From NCBI GenBank assembly GCA_013239625.1, contig MU053379.1, forward strand, positions 70,490-134,489: a stretch of DNA of 64,000 nucleotides, read 5' to 3'. Each line of letters starts with the position of its first letter. Position 1 is the stretch's first letter. The position numbers and the translations under genes were made by a program. The DNA comes from Lama guanicoe. Its lineage: Eukaryota. A model generated the notes under the pieces. It did no database searches and was not told the origin of the DNA. It worked only from the letters and a program-made list of their open reading frames with translations. Shown here in pieces: positions 47,962-61,766 of this stretch.

Positions 47962-48654
47962 GGGGGAAGATTTATACCTACTGTCAACGTTGAAAGATTA
48001 GTGAACTTTCTCTACCAACCCCCTTTCGTCTTCAACACAAGTTATCGTGGAAAGGACTCCATGCCACAAAGAAAGAAACCAAAGTAGTATTAACTGACTT
48101 ACTGATGGGTACACTTACTGACTTGGGCTGGGAAAAATATTAGCACCTGCATTAAATAAAGTCAAAACATTCTGGAAAATTTTCGCATGCCTAATTTTTG
48201 TGGTAGATAGACTCTACTTATGTATAAAAAATAAATTATACTCATCCTAATGCTGTGGGGTCTTCTCAACCCAGAGAGAAATGAAAGATCCCCTTTGAGC
48301 TACTTGGCAAGGTGGTTGTTTTGAAGCAGTTCTCTGGGAGCTAATTACTGTGTGAAACAACTTACAAACATTGTCCAACCTACAGAAGTGTGACCCTCTT
48401 GTCATGGCATCTTAACATTGACCTTGAATGTATCAAATAACCATCAATTAAAAGTGTATTTGTGAACCTTCATTTTAAGTAGTTTTTGACTTAAAGTGAT
48501 ACTTAAGTCATACTCTTTTGGGTTCAACCTTTGCTTATTTTAAATCTCAATTTCCCTTTGATTATGATTGACGTATTATTTTAAATAAGAATCTACATCT
48601 GTTTTCTGGCCCTGCATGCTCGGCTCAATCTTTTTTTGCTTTTTTCTTTTCCAG

Positions 48655-48678
48655 GATGTTGATTTCTTCTGCGAGTAA
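48655..48678 (+). CDS. OTOR: Otoraplin exon 4 coding part
   Basis: DVDFFCE* after a long polypyrimidine acceptor. CDS 115+140+111+24 = 390 nt = 129 aa, with the four MIA-family cysteines present. Confidence 0.97.
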   Translation, partial: DVDFFCE

Positions 48679-50581
48679 GAAGTCAGACAAATGGACAGAT
48701 AGAAAGGAAACACCAAAAATAAAGAAAAAAGCAAAAACAATGAAAAAAATACTGTCCCTAATTTCTGAGTTTCATTTCAAGGGTTTGTTCTCTCACAGGA
48801 GGGCTGGGGCTTGGGGCTGGAGACCACAGGTAAAGGTGTGGGCTGGGCTGGGGGGAGGGGACAACGAGAAGAGGGGAGGGGTCCCCTGGTCTGGCGTTCC
48901 CACCGCCTGGAGCAGAGTGACGTTTGACTCAAGTGGGTGAATGAAAGCAGAGAATTATTTTTCAGCCTAGAGAATCTTCCCTGGAAGATGGTTCATTTGT
49001 AGTTATGTCTAAACAGTAATTCTTCCCAGTTCTTTGGATACCTGTATAAACTTGGTAGGCCATAGTTCTTTTCTGTGGATACGGTATTTTCTACTTTTTT
49101 GTCTCTTGGCTAGTTGGAATGTTATAATGTACTCAAAGGGGCTGCGTCATCAAGGAATATGCTAGGATTGTTGTTACTTTTAATATTTGATGCCTTTGGG
49201 ATGCGAAGTTTTTGAGGGAGAAAAAGAGCTCTTTTTGAACAATGCCACTAAATTTAATCTGTCTAAATAATGTCTTACAAATTATTTCAGTTGAAGAATT
49301 TTACCTTCTACATGAACAATTTACCTTTCCTCAAGTTTTAAATAATTTTAAATTTAAATTTTAAGAAAACAATTTTAAAGTTAAATTAAATTTTAAATAT
49401 TTAAAATTTTAAATAAGTTGTGGTGGGGCGCTTTATGAAATATTTGTGATGGAATAGTTTCTCCTTATTCTGTGCTGTCACTGGGTATTATTCAAGCTTC
49501 AAGTCAAAAGATAAAGTAAAAAAAAAAAAAAGTCTGTGAGTTGTTTTCCCTTCTTCTATCCCATCTTCAAATTTCTTCTTCCTATGCCAATTCCCTCAGC
49601 CAAGGGTGATGTGTTAGGAAATCTGGTGAGGGGATATGGGTTTGGTGATCCTAAGGGACCCACAAGTTTTTCTACATTTAACTGGAAATCGGCTTTGGTT
49701 GCGTATTGCTAATGTAATTCTTTCGATGTAGTCTTGAGCTTTTGTTTGTTTGTTTACATGTAATTAAAATGCCTGTACTACACCCCCCTCCAAAATTCAC
49801 AGTTTCTGAGTTCAAAAAAATTTGTTTAAATAATCTCACCTTGAGGTGTAGAAAGTCTGGGAGGTGGGGGTCAGGAATGGGATTTGCTTCTTAGCTTTTT
49901 GGGGTCTGGTCACCCCAAAAACATGAAGGGGGCAAAGAGGAGCCTTGGATCCCAGAGCCATTTTCGAGCCATGCCGACTGTCATTTTGGATGAATCCTTT
50001 TGCCAAACTCTTATGGAGGTTAGTCAAGTAAAATGGTACCCCTCCAAAAAAAACTCCCCAAACTCAAACCCATCTGTTTCTCTTGTTCTGTCCCATAAAA
50101 AGTTTTCAGGCCTCATCCAGGGCTCTTGGCACAATTTTAAGGTAAGAGGCATTTATCCTGCCTCTTTCTATCTGCCTCTTACTTGCTGGCCTCCCCATTC
50201 CAGACACCCCATCACCCCTCCAGCACCCTCACTGTGCCCTCAGTCTGCCCAAATCCGCCATCTGTCCAGCCTCAGGCATCCAGCCTCACCTGCTAGGCAC
50301 AGGGCTTCCAGCCAGGTCCCTCCTGGCCCAGATCAGCTCCCACCCACAGGACGTGTCTCACCCAGGAGTTCTGAGATCGTCAGTTGAGTTAAATTTCCTG
50401 GGGGGGCTTATCTGCATGAAAAGAACAAAAACACCTGCAGAAATTTTAAACACCACCTAGACTCTGGGAATGCAAAATGCTGTTCCTGGGCCAGCACGGA
50501 GTGAGGACCTCACCTGGGAGCTGGTTAGAATGCAGAATCTCAGCGCCCACTACAGACCTTCTGAATCAAAATCTGCATCTT

Positions 50582-51316
50582 TGTTTTTAAACTGAAGTAT
50601 AGTCAATTAGAATGTGTCAATTTCTGGTGTACTGCACAATGTCCCTGGCATGCATATACATACATATATTCGTTTTCACGAAAGGTTTTGAACATAGTTC
50701 CCTATGCTATACAAAAGAAACATTTTTTAAAAAGTTATTTTTATATATAGTGGCTAACATTTGTAAATCTCAAACTCCCAAATTTATCCCCTCCCACCCC
50801 CTTCCCCCTGTTAACCATGAGATTGTTTACTATGTCTGCAAGTCTGTTTTTGTTTTATAGGTAAGTTCATAGTGTCCTTTTTTTTTTTAGATTCCAAATA
50901 TGAGTGATATAATATGGTATTTTTCTTTCTCTTTCTGGCTTACTTCACTTAGAATGACGATATCTAGGTCCATCCATGTTGCTTCAAATGGCATTGTTCT
51001 CTCTTTTTTATGGCTGTGTAGTATTCCATTGCATAAATATACCACTTCTTCTTTATCCAGTCATCTGTTGATGGACATTTAGGCTGTTCCCATGTCTTGG
51101 CTATTGTAAATAGTGCTACTATGAACATTGGGGTGCAGGCGTCTTTTTGAATTACAGTTCCCTCTGGATATATCCAGGAGTGGAACTGCTGGATCATATG
51201 GTGAGTCTATTTTTAGTTTTTTGTCCATATTGTTTTCCACAGTGGCTGCACCAAACTGCATTCCCACCAGCAGTGTAGGAGGGTTCTCTTTTCTCCACAC
51301 CCTCTCCAGCATTTAT
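50582..51316 (-). mobile_element. Young L1 3' fragment inserted into a MER5A
   Basis: ORF 50964-51197 is the L1 ORF2 C-terminus (CTPMFIVALFTIAKTWEQPKCPSTDDWIKK); TSD AAAATCTGCA(T/A)CTT at 50568-50581 and 51317-51330. Confidence 0.92.
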
Positions 51317-51834
51317 AAAATCTGCAACTTAACCAGACCCTCTGAAATTCAAGGACACCTTGTAGGAAGGGAAAAACTTCCTTCTACCCTTCTAGTCTCT
51401 GTGAATGGACCTAAGAATTAAACTGATGCAAGATAGATTAACAGGAGCAAAGCATTCACAAGCATACACAGGCTTCCTCCCTCTCTCACCCTCCTGCATC
51501 CTCAAAGAATGTAGCAAATGGCAGGAGGGCATCAGCCCGCCTTGCTCTCTGATGCCCAGACAATAGCGATGCCACTTGATTTCTGTCGCTCCTTCTGAGT
51601 GCTTGCAATTGTGGCGTATCCTTAGGATGATGAGTAAGTAAGTGGCTGGAGGTCTTATGGAGTAAATCCCTTGCAGTCCTGCAGAAACTGTTAACGTTGA
51701 CCTAATTAATGAGACTGTAGATCTGCAAGGCATCTCGTTTTCAGAGCACAGGCCTTAGAGTTCCCTTTCTTGGCAATTTCCCTGGAACATTCAGCAAATG
51801 GCAAGAAAAGGGCAATTTAAGGCAGGGCTTTTAA

Positions 51835-52035
51835 ATTGTTTAATTTATTGAAATATAGTTGATTTACAATGTATAAATTTCTGGTGTACAGCATAGTGAT
51901 TCAGTTATACATACATATTCCTTTTCATATTCTTTTTCATTATAGGCCATTACAAGGTATTGAATATAGTTCCCTGGGCCATACAGTAGGACCTTGCTGT
52001 TTATCTATTTTATATACCGTGGTTAGTATCTGCAA
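51835..52035 (-). mobile_element. L1 3' end fragment
   Basis: tattgaaatatagttgatttacaatg...ggtgtacagcatagtgattcag...gaatatagttccctg. Confidence 0.8.
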
Positions 52036-52237
52036 ATAGCTCAGTGGTAGAGTGTGTGCTTGGCGTGCATGAAGTCCGGGGTTCTTTTCCCCAGTGCCTC
52101 TGTTGAGGAAAAGAAACAAACAGTTTGGGCAAGAGAAGAGCAAGTTGAAGGCTTCCCCTGGGCCCCTCTTTCGGGTAGAGTGCATGCTTAGCATGACTAG
52201 GTTAGGTTCTAGTCCCAGTCCTGCCATTAAAAAAAAA
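52036..52237 (+). mobile_element. Two partial camelid SINEs (52036-52121 and 52174-52237)
   Basis: atagctcagtggtagagtgtgtgcttggcgtgcatgaagtccgggg and ggtagagtgcatgcttagcatg, each with an A-rich tail. Confidence 0.75.
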
Positions 52238-53067
52238 GTCAAGGCAGGGTGTCCATTACCTGCTGAAGGCGCCGTGAGCACATCCCTGCCCACTGGGTAG
52301 CGTATTCTGCTGTGACAGCATTCCTTTGTGTTAAAAGTCGTGCCTCTTGTTCAAGGGGCCGGTGGTTGGATGTGCTGCTTCCACTTTCTGCAAACTTGCA
52401 AGAGGTAAATCAGAATCCCATCACATATTAAGATTAGAGACCCCTCTTTTCGATTCCTGACCATGAATGCATCAGACTAGTCCTAGGAAGGGTTTTGTTT
52501 TGGTTTTCTCTGACTTGCTGTGTGAAATGGAGTAACCAATGTGACGGTCAGAATGGTCAGGACCTCCAGTCGACTTTCACCAGGACCATCCAGAAGATTG
52601 GGGTCCCCCCTCTCTCCCTGCCCCAACAGCTTTTGTGAAGACACAGTTGGTGTGAAAAATATTTGAGTCACTGTTGACTTTGTTCATTCTCGCAGTGTGA
52701 CTAAATTCAGGAGCGGTTTTGCTGCAGTCGAGTTTTAGAAAGCCCTCGCATATTTCATAGGCTTCGAAAACCTAGGCTGAAGGTGTCGGCTGGCACTTTT
52801 AGCATCACGCACTCCTGAGCCTTGGTAAGTGTGGGCGTTTACTGCTTTCCATGTTTATTGGCTGCGCCCTCTTGGATCCAATTCCATGCAGGGAAATAGG
52901 AGGCGCATGTGTGTAGTATGAATGTATGCTTGTATTTTTGTTTGCTTTTTACACGTTGTCATCTATTTATTTGCATTAGCAATATACGTGACTTGCCCTC
53001 GTCAGTCTGATGCATTCATTTCCAACTATATTGCCCTAAATTACCAGTTATCAGCCAGTAATTGGTT

Positions 53068-53350
53068 TCTTTTTTTTTTATATCGAAGTACAGTCAATTA
53101 CAATGTGTCGGTCTCCGGTGCACAGCACAATGTTCCAGTCATGCATATACATACATGTATTCATTTTCATATTTTTTTCATTAGAGGTTACTGTAAGATT
53201 TTGAACATAGTTCCCTGTGCTATACAAAAGAAATTAAAAAAAAAAACTATTTTTATATGTAGTGGCTAACGTTTGCAAATCTCAAACTCCCATATTTATC
53301 CCCTCCCACCCCCTTTCCCTGGTGACCATAAGATTGTTTACTGAGTCTGT
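53068..53350 (-). mobile_element. L1 3' end fragment
   Basis: T tract then gaagtacagtcaattacaatgtgtc...gaacatagttccctgtgctataca; same subfamily as 50582-51316. Confidence 0.85.
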
Positions 53351-54483
53351 GTCGTGCAGTATTTGAACAAATCTCTGGAGGGAGTGGGAGTTTCAGCCCT
53401 GAACAGAGAGAAGAAAGAGGAGGAAATAGCAGGCTGATTGCTCCGACAATCGGCCTCATCTGTCTGAAGGGGTGAAAAAGACAGAGAAAAGGAAATCACA
53501 AAAACTCATAGTATTCCATGTTCTACCCTTGAAATACAATTTTTGTGACCTAAAGGCCTTTCTGTGCTACGACGTTTTCTCAGCTGTATCACCTACAAAT
53601 ACCCTGACGTGCTAGTAATTTAATCAAGAAAATAATATATTGATCCACGTGCTTTGTGCAACCTACCCTGTAACCCATTATTAACAGAGACAGGGAATGC
53701 TCCCCAACCCGTGGTTTAAATATTTTTCGAAATGGAAATGACTTTTCTGTCACACGTGAGCAATTGTTTTAATCATTTTTCTCAAGAGTACGCTACGCTA
53801 AAGTCAGTGCATTTTTGGAGGTAAAAAATGAGGTTGTGTTGCTAATATCTTCCCTTCCTTCCTGCCTCTCATCCCTCACCCATACTTCTCCTCTTTGCTG
53901 CAGCGTGTGAATTTATTCCGGCCAAATGAGTTCGTCGAGATGCGAATGTTCATTTGTTTGAGTAATCCTATGGCAAGATGAGGAGAAAAAAAAAAAAGTG
54001 CATGCCGGCTTTTAGATTTCTACAAACCGTAGTCACAAAACCTGAGTTGCCATCCCTGGATGTCCATCTACCTCCCTCTCTGACTCGTAGTCACTCAGCC
54101 CTTGTCTAAGCGATCCTGCCCCTTGTGACCAGCATGACTTAAGGGTGGAGTAAAATGCTCCTAGATCTTTCCCTGCACCTTCAGCTACTAATGTCAACGC
54201 CACCACAAATGGATCAGAAGACAAAGTTGAGTCTTGACTCCCCAGGACCGCAAGAGACACATTGGTTCCTGGAACCAGCCTCAGCCAGGCTCAGGGGACT
54301 GCGGATGGAGAACAGGTCCGCTGGATAGACTCGCGATGTTGGCCTTCCTGCAGGAAAAGGCAGGGAAGTGGTGGCGCCACTCTAGGTAATACGAGTTCCC
54401 AAACCCCACTGTTACCTGAAGCAGACAGATAGATGATCATGGGGGAAAGGAACCAACTTTTTTTGAGCAGAACTGTAAACCAG

Positions 54484-54915
54484 TGTCTTAGACGAGGTTC
54501 CCCAGAAGCAGATCCTGAGAAGAGGTCTTACATGCAGTGATTTATGGAAGAATGACTCCCAGGGGAAGCAGGTGAGGGTGAGGGGGCAGTAGGAAAGGGG
54601 TGGGGCTCAGCAAGGAGCAACTCCAGGTAAGGCTTTGCAGCCCTGGCTCCTTCCTCGTCTCACCCAGGCCTCAGTGCTGGAAGTTACACCCCAGAGGCCA
54701 TCGGGACCCACTCAAGGAAGCTGAGTATTCTTCTGGCCCATCATTGTGGCCCAGACATTGACTAAGGGTTGCAGAAGGGGACCATCGTTTCCAGGCAGTT
54801 GTGGCTTTCTTTGTAGGTGGACAAGGGGGACAGAGGAGGCTGCAGCTGCCCAGGTGCTTGGCACCCCTGCAACGGCCTCCAGGGGTATCTGGGGGGGCCC
54901 GACCTTGTCTGCTGT
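54484..54915 (-). mobile_element. ERVL LTR (LTR33/LTR16-like)
   Basis: tgtcttagacgaggttcccagaagcagatcctgaga...cccaggggaagc, matching the recalled antisense LTR33 start. Confidence 0.6.
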
Positions 54916-55674
54916 AGCCCACGCTCTGCACAACGCGCGTCATTTCATTTCATCCTCACAGCATCCTGTCTCTGCCACATTCTTTGTGGGCATGAGGCGG
55001 CTAACATAGTCTCAGACTTCCTCCTCAGTCTGCTTCCCTGGACCCGGAACTTTCTGAGGCGCAAGTTAGTGAGAGACTTTGGTGGGACCAGGGTGACATC
55101 CAGTGGTGAGCTTGGGACCTAGCACACAGAGAGATGTCCTCACGCCAGGCTGCAAGCATCCTTCACAGCAGCATTTAGCATCAGCAATATCAGGGCTGCC
55201 TCCCGAGACGGACTCTGCTGCACACGCCACCCCTCCCTCCATCACACACAGTCTTAAAATCTGCTTGTCACAGAGCGAAGACCGGGGATTCATAAACCAC
55301 CATTGCTGACCTTGTAATACATTCAGCTGATTAAAAAATGCACACGTTAGGGGAAAGCTGACTTTTCGCTTTAGACCCGTTGTGCCTGTTTGCCTTGGAT
55401 GGGGAGCCTGCGGAGTTTATAGATTGTTTCAGCTGGCTAAATTCACTTAGGAAATGCAGCAAATGGCACCATGAACTCAGAGAGTAGGAGCTTCTGCAGA
55501 AAAAAATTAACAAAGCCCCCTACCCGCTCCAGGGTGTCATGGGGGTGGCTGAAGACATGCGACTCGACACCCCAGGTCACTTTTTTTCCCCCAAGGCAAG
55601 AAAATTAATAAACATAGTGAAAGTTGTCACAGGCAATAGATTTTAGTTTGTATTTTTTCCGTCAATATGGTTCT

Positions 55675-55990
55675 TCTTTTTTTTTTTTTACTCTTATTTT
55701 TTATCGAAGTATAGTCGGTTTACTACGCTAGTTTCAGGTGTACAGCAGAGCGATTCAGTTATACATATACATACATACACACACGTATGTATTTTCAGTT
55801 TCCTTTCCATTACTGCTCATTCAAGAAATTGAATACAGTTCCCTGTGCTATACATTAGGTCCTTGTCACTTATCTATTTTATATGTTAGTAGTGTGTATC
55901 TGATAAGCCCAGACTCCTGCTCTATCCCTCCCCCCACCCCTTTCCGCCTTGGTAACCACGGTTTGCTTTCTATGTCCATGAGTCTGTTCC
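55675..55990 (-). mobile_element. L1 3' end fragment
   Basis: T tract then ttatcgaagtatagtcgg...ttcaggtgtacagc...gaatacagttccctgtgctataca...ttggtaaccac. Confidence 0.85.
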
Positions 55991-56121
55991 ACATCTCTCT
56001 TTTATAAACTGCGGGAGGAGGGACCTGCACCAGGCCACCTGACTTCAAGCCCACGAGCCGTCCACACCACCAGGCTGGAATGTGATGAAAGAAAAGCCGT
56101 CTAGATTTCTACGTCATCTAA

Positions 56122-56345
56122 CGGGGCGGTTCTCTACGGAGGGCGATTTTGACCGCATCCCCCAGTCTTGGGGATATTTGGCAGTGTCTGAGGACAGTTG
56201 ATTGTCTCCGCTGGAGGTGGGCACTGATGGCATCCAGTGGGTAGGGGCCAGAAACGCTGCTAAATGTTCTATAATGCACGAGACACACTCCAGCCAAGAG
56301 TAACCCAGACTCAAATGCCAAGTGTCCAGGTTGGGAAAGTCTACT
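56122..56345. mobile_element. MER20 MITE
   Basis: ggttctc...gggcgattttg...ggggatatttggcagtgtctg...ggcatccagtgggtaggggccagaaacgctgctaaa. Confidence 0.8.
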
Positions 56346-57339
56346 CTAAGGGGTGATGCTAATCAGTAAATGAACTTTGAGAGAACAATTGTTCAGTAAG
56401 CGATCATCTGGCTGTGTGTTTCCCAAGCCCAGTCTGGGGTAAGGAACCGGTAGGTAGAGCTGGATACCTGAAAAACGTCTGTTTGGACACATCCGGACAC
56501 ACATCCCCGACACCTCCCAGCGCTGTGACACAGCCCACAGAGGCTCCATTCTGCAATCAGCCTGTTACAACTGACCATCGGCGATTCCCTGTCTCCAGGG
56601 TTTTAAACACGGTCCTCTCGCTTCAAGTCCTAGCTGTGCACACCCTGTTCCCCGAGGAACGTTTCACCAGACGCCCCTCAGCAGCTCCGGGAGGGCTTGG
56701 GGCTGGTGACAGGCTGACAGAGGATGGGGGCTGAAGGCTATTTGCATTTCTTCCAGCATCCATTCTCGGTCCTAGAGGACTAGGAGAATGCTTAATTGCT
56801 TTTCAAACAGCTATCATGTCTTCCTCGCTTTACAGCTTCTTCCAGAGGACGATTACAATGTCCCGTTATTTTTCAAGCAAAAACAGCGCTGCCCCACCCC
56901 CTCAGTGATGTACGCACTGTCGATTTCAGCAGCGCCGGCTGCCTTCACCTGACACGGATCTCTTTTCCCTTTATTTCCCCTCCTTTGCTGCTGACATCCT
57001 GTTTAACCATTCTCGGGAGGGCTTCCTAGGCACACAATTATATGTATAGAGTCTCTGTACATTTGTGGATACAATTAAAATTTAAACACTGCACATTTAG
57101 CCCAGTGTTGACACTTCTCATTCCTTAGAGGAAGAATTTACTTAAACATTAATAACTAAATGTGCCGTGTACTTTTCAGGGCACGCTTCAATTCCGAGAA
57201 GGGAAGAAAGATATTACACGGCTCGCATTTGTTCAAATCGTGGGTTTGTTTTTAAAAGATGTGTAATTAGATACCTAAAGCCGGATTTGAAATTGATTCC
57301 TTTATCTCATCGTGGAAACATGAATGAATGTAGACTTTT

Positions 57340-57441
57340 TTTAAGATTCTTTTTCCTTTTTTTAAATGGAGTTACTGGAAACTGAACCCAGGACCTCGTG
57401 CGTGTTAAACATGTGCTCTACCACTGAGCTATGACCACCCC
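57340..57441 (-). mobile_element. Camelid SINE
   Basis: tgaacccaggacctcgtgcgtgttaaacatgtgctctaccactgagctat; TSD AA(T/C)GTAGACTTTT at 57327-57339 and 57442-57454. Confidence 0.85.
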
Positions 57442-60400
57442 AACGTAGACTTTTGGATGAAACCTAAATATCACCTTTGCTTGTTATGGTTCGTGAGCTT
57501 GAATGGGGCTGGTGTAATTTTTTTTGAAGTTGCTATTGCTTTAAGTTTAAAAGAAAGAAGACATTATTGTGCTTCTCTGTAAAAGCTCTTGCCCTCATGT
57601 GACATAGTACTGTGATTTTCAAAATGGACAATCTGAACAACAGGAAAGTAGAAGACAGCTAAAATGCACACTAGGGGTAGGAATTTGGGTCTGAGTACTG
57701 CAAATTCTACACCCCCATGCCTTCTCCTCTCCTGAGACTCCTGACAAGGGAGGGGCATCCAGAGGGCGAAAGAACCAAGTAAGTTGCAAATTATCAGCTT
57801 CTTTAACCACTAGGCAAACATCCAGAGATGCCCCCATCTGCTAATACAGGGTGTCGGTGCTATAGGCTGGATTGGAGAGTGTGGCTCAGGCTGGGACGCC
57901 TGCCGAAGGTTTCTGAGTCCCTTCTTCCTCGCGTCGGGGCCACCTGGGTCTGCGGCACAGGATGTAACTAGACACGTGCACACCTGGCTGACCCCACTCA
58001 AGTACAGATGGAGAAGCCCCAGCAGCAGAGAGGAAGGAGAGCAGGTGCTCTGGACACCTGAACCATGGCACCTGCATCTCTTGGCCTTACGGCCTTTTTG
58101 GTCACTCACTGGAGTGTGCGCTCCACTTTCAGGGCAGTCTGGAAGCACCAGAGGATGAGCATCTCCGGGGAGGACCCCTCACCCAAGGACGGATGAGGAC
58201 TGATGTGCAGGATATCAGGACCCCACCCTTGGAGGGGATAACTCCTAGGTGTGTAGTCTACACTGGCTGCCAGAGGGTCCAGTGAAACTGAGGTCCAGGT
58301 GCCCACAGGGACAACTTCCTTGATAACAAGCCCTCCGTGGCCGTCTTCTCCCCGCCTCCCTTTCCCATGCCCCTGTCATGATCCCTGGAATTGTTTCTAC
58401 TCCTATCCTTGTTTCAGAGTCCATTTCTTGGGAAACCTAAACCAAGAAAGAAAGCATGGCTGGTTCTGTCCTTAACAGGCAGGCCCTCTGCAGGGAAGCT
58501 GGAAGCAAATCTGAACATACGAAGCAGGCCTGGCGTGCAGGAGGTGAGAGGGAAGGGGTCGGCAGAGCTGTACGTCCCCCAAGCCCAGCGGGCCCCATGC
58601 ACTAGTGGAACTTGGCCCAGTGAGCGTCTGACCACTCAGATGTGAAATTCCTTCTCCGCTGGGGAAGAGGTGGTGGGAGGCAGAGTGGTAGAAAGGTTGG
58701 GACTTCCCTCTCAGGTTCCTGTCCCATCCCACCCCCCAAAAAGAGAAAAGCCGAAATAAAAATTTCCCCTCCCAACAGCGCAGATGTCTCCCTGGCTAGT
58801 CCCACGTCGGAGCGGCGAGCATTCCAAACTGCCTGTGGTCACAGCTCCCTGCATGCGTCCGTCCCCGCAGGAAGACGGAATCGTATTTGACTCTATTCAT
58901 ATCCAGAGCCTCCTAAGTCATTCCCACACACCCATCGCTTCCCTGTTCATCATGGTAGGACTTACTATTCAAATAAGATAGCTCTTCAGTTCCTCCACTT
59001 TGTGGTATGAACAAGACTCAGAGCCATGAATACCTTGTAGTGTATGTAGCATTTGGAGTGTATTTTATTAAAAGGTAAGATTATGTTCAAGGCAAAGGTT
59101 AGGCAAACATTTGCTTAACACCTTGGCACTCAACAGGCAGGGAACATTTTCTCAAGTCGGGAAGCTGAACAAAATGGCTGCAAGGTTAAGAAAGGTCTTT
59201 ACTTAAAGGTCAAACCAAAATATAATGGGAACGATAAAAACAGTTTGAAGTAGGCTTTTTTCCTCTAAAAAAAGGAGAGACGGGTTCTAGGTGGAGATTT
59301 GTTTCTCCTTTCAAAGTTTCAAAAGTTCATGTGTCAGTTTTAAAATACAATTATTCTCAAGAAACAAATGTATAAATTGAAGGGGTGCAGTTAAGGTGGT
59401 CCTCAGTGTAGCCTCAAATTTGAACAGGAGAAAAATTACCAACCTCCGTCTTCCAAGCGCGATCCAACTAAACGCCCTGCTCCTTCCTAACACCTGCTCC
59501 CCAGGAACCCCCATGTTCCAGATCGCCAGTCCGGGACCCCACTTCCCAAGGGGACAGCTGGATAGGGAGTAGAGCATCCATTCTTGAACCTGTTCTGGGC
59601 CAGAAACCCGACATCTCACAGGTACACCTAGCACAGCGCTTTTCTGCCAAAGGAAGGAATGCAAAGGCTGGAGGGTTGCTGGGGCGATTACCCAGGTTTG
59701 GGAAGCGCCTTAATTTTCCTCAAGTCTCACTTGTAGCAGGTCACCAACACTAGCATATTTGTCACATGGTCAAATGAATGAAGAAGAGGGGGTGTTGTTC
59801 GCTGTTTTCCTAAGCCTTTGGCCACGCTCTCCCATAGGAAGTCCCAGCACCTTTTCTCACGTTCACCTGATTTAACCAAACCCTCTCAGAAGCTTGCTGG
59901 ACTTTTTGTTACATGGCATAAAAATGATGCTTTGATATATCTGGATTTAATGAATGGTTTTTCCTCTCTGAGATTTATGGTAGATCATTAACTTTTCTAA
60001 GATTCACTGGCACTAGTTAAATTTTTGAAACACCGCTTCACTGGTTGGTAAATAGTCACTGCTCTGAACCTCTTTGAATGTCCTTTCGTTGCCACCCCCA
60101 CCCCTCACAAGCCCCTCCCCTGGGATCTATCAGGACCTGTAACAGTTCCAAGTTTAATGTCCTCAGGACTCTGCTCCATCTGTGGATTATGTATGCGACA
60201 CAGACGAATCACAATTTGTTAAGCTACTGAGCATTTGGTTACTTGCAGCCCAATGAATTCTTATCTGATAAGCATGCTCTGGCTGGGGCCATACTAGCGT
60301 CCATGTCATGGCCCTATTGTGGTCCCAGGACACAGCCACATTATGGTCCTGGCAGTAGCATCACCCACGCTCATTTGATCTCTCTGACAACTTTGGCGCG

Positions 60401-60869
60401 TGGTCGGAAAGAAGGAGACTGAGCCTTGACTGGAGGAGAGACCCGTAAAAAGCAGAATCATGGAATAAGTCAGTACTTCAGGGTAATCAGAGATGGATAA
60501 TTTGGACTTCCTCATTCTGAAGAAAAAGGAAAGCAGCCCATAAAGTGTACAAGCAGGATGAAAGGTTTATTAGAGAGAAAACTTTGGAAACTGCTGAGTG
60601 GTAATAGTTCCAACCCAAGTTAATAACTTGCTGGAAACCCAAGAGGAAGGCATTTCGTCTTAGCTTTGCCATTAAGCACGAAGCTGAAACTTTTGGCACA
60701 TGATTCATAATCCTGAGAGCTCTGCAGATTTCATTGAAAAGTACTGAATAAAGCCTGACACCTCCCAAGGTGTCCCATAGCCTGGGAAATGGAGAGATAA
60801 GGGGCTTTTTTCCAAGGTCAGACTCTAGGCAGCAGAGAGCACATGGATATGAGTAGATTAAAAAAGAGG

Positions 60870-61766
60870 CACACGCACACGTGCACACACACACACATAC
60901 ACACACACATACACACACACATATATGCACATACACACACACAGACACACACACACACATAGCGTGCACACACACACACATACACACACACATATACGCA
61001 CACACACACACACAGACACACACATACACACACACATACACACATACACACACACATATATGCACACACACACATACACACACATACACACATACACACA
61101 CATACACACACACATATACGCACATACACACACACACATACACACACATATACGCACACACACACAGACACACACATACACACACACATACACACATACA
61201 CACACATACACACACACATACACACACATACACACACATATACGCACATACACACAGACACACACATACACACACACATATACGCACATACACACACACA
61301 CAGACACACACATACACACACACATATATGCACATACACACACAGACACATACACACACATACACACACATACACACACATACACACACAGATACGCACA
61401 TACACACACAGACACACACATACACACACATATACGCACATACACACACACAGACACATACACACACATACACACACATATACGCACATACACACACACA
61501 GACACACACATACACATATATGCACACACACACACACATACACACACACATACACACATACACACACATATACGCACATACACACACACAGACACACACA
61601 CATATACGCACATACACACACAGACACATACACAGACACATACACACACACATACACACACAGACACATACACACACATACACACACACATACACACATA
61701 CACACACATATACGCACACACACAGACACATACACACACATACACACATATACACACGCACACACA
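60870..61766. repeat. Long compound (CA)n/(CATA)n microsatellite, ~900 bp
   Basis: CA backbone with recurring CATA, CAGA and CATATACG/CATATATG interruptions. Confidence 0.98.

Noticed and set aside
51361..52317. Possible further ERV1 LTR interrupted by L1 and SINE fragments
   Set aside because: The start resembles the LTR at 40217, but I could not confirm a TSD or the far boundary.
24832..57441. tRNA-like sequences with A and B boxes as tRNA genes
   Set aside because: They have A-rich tails, TSDs and degenerate stems, so they are SINE heads.
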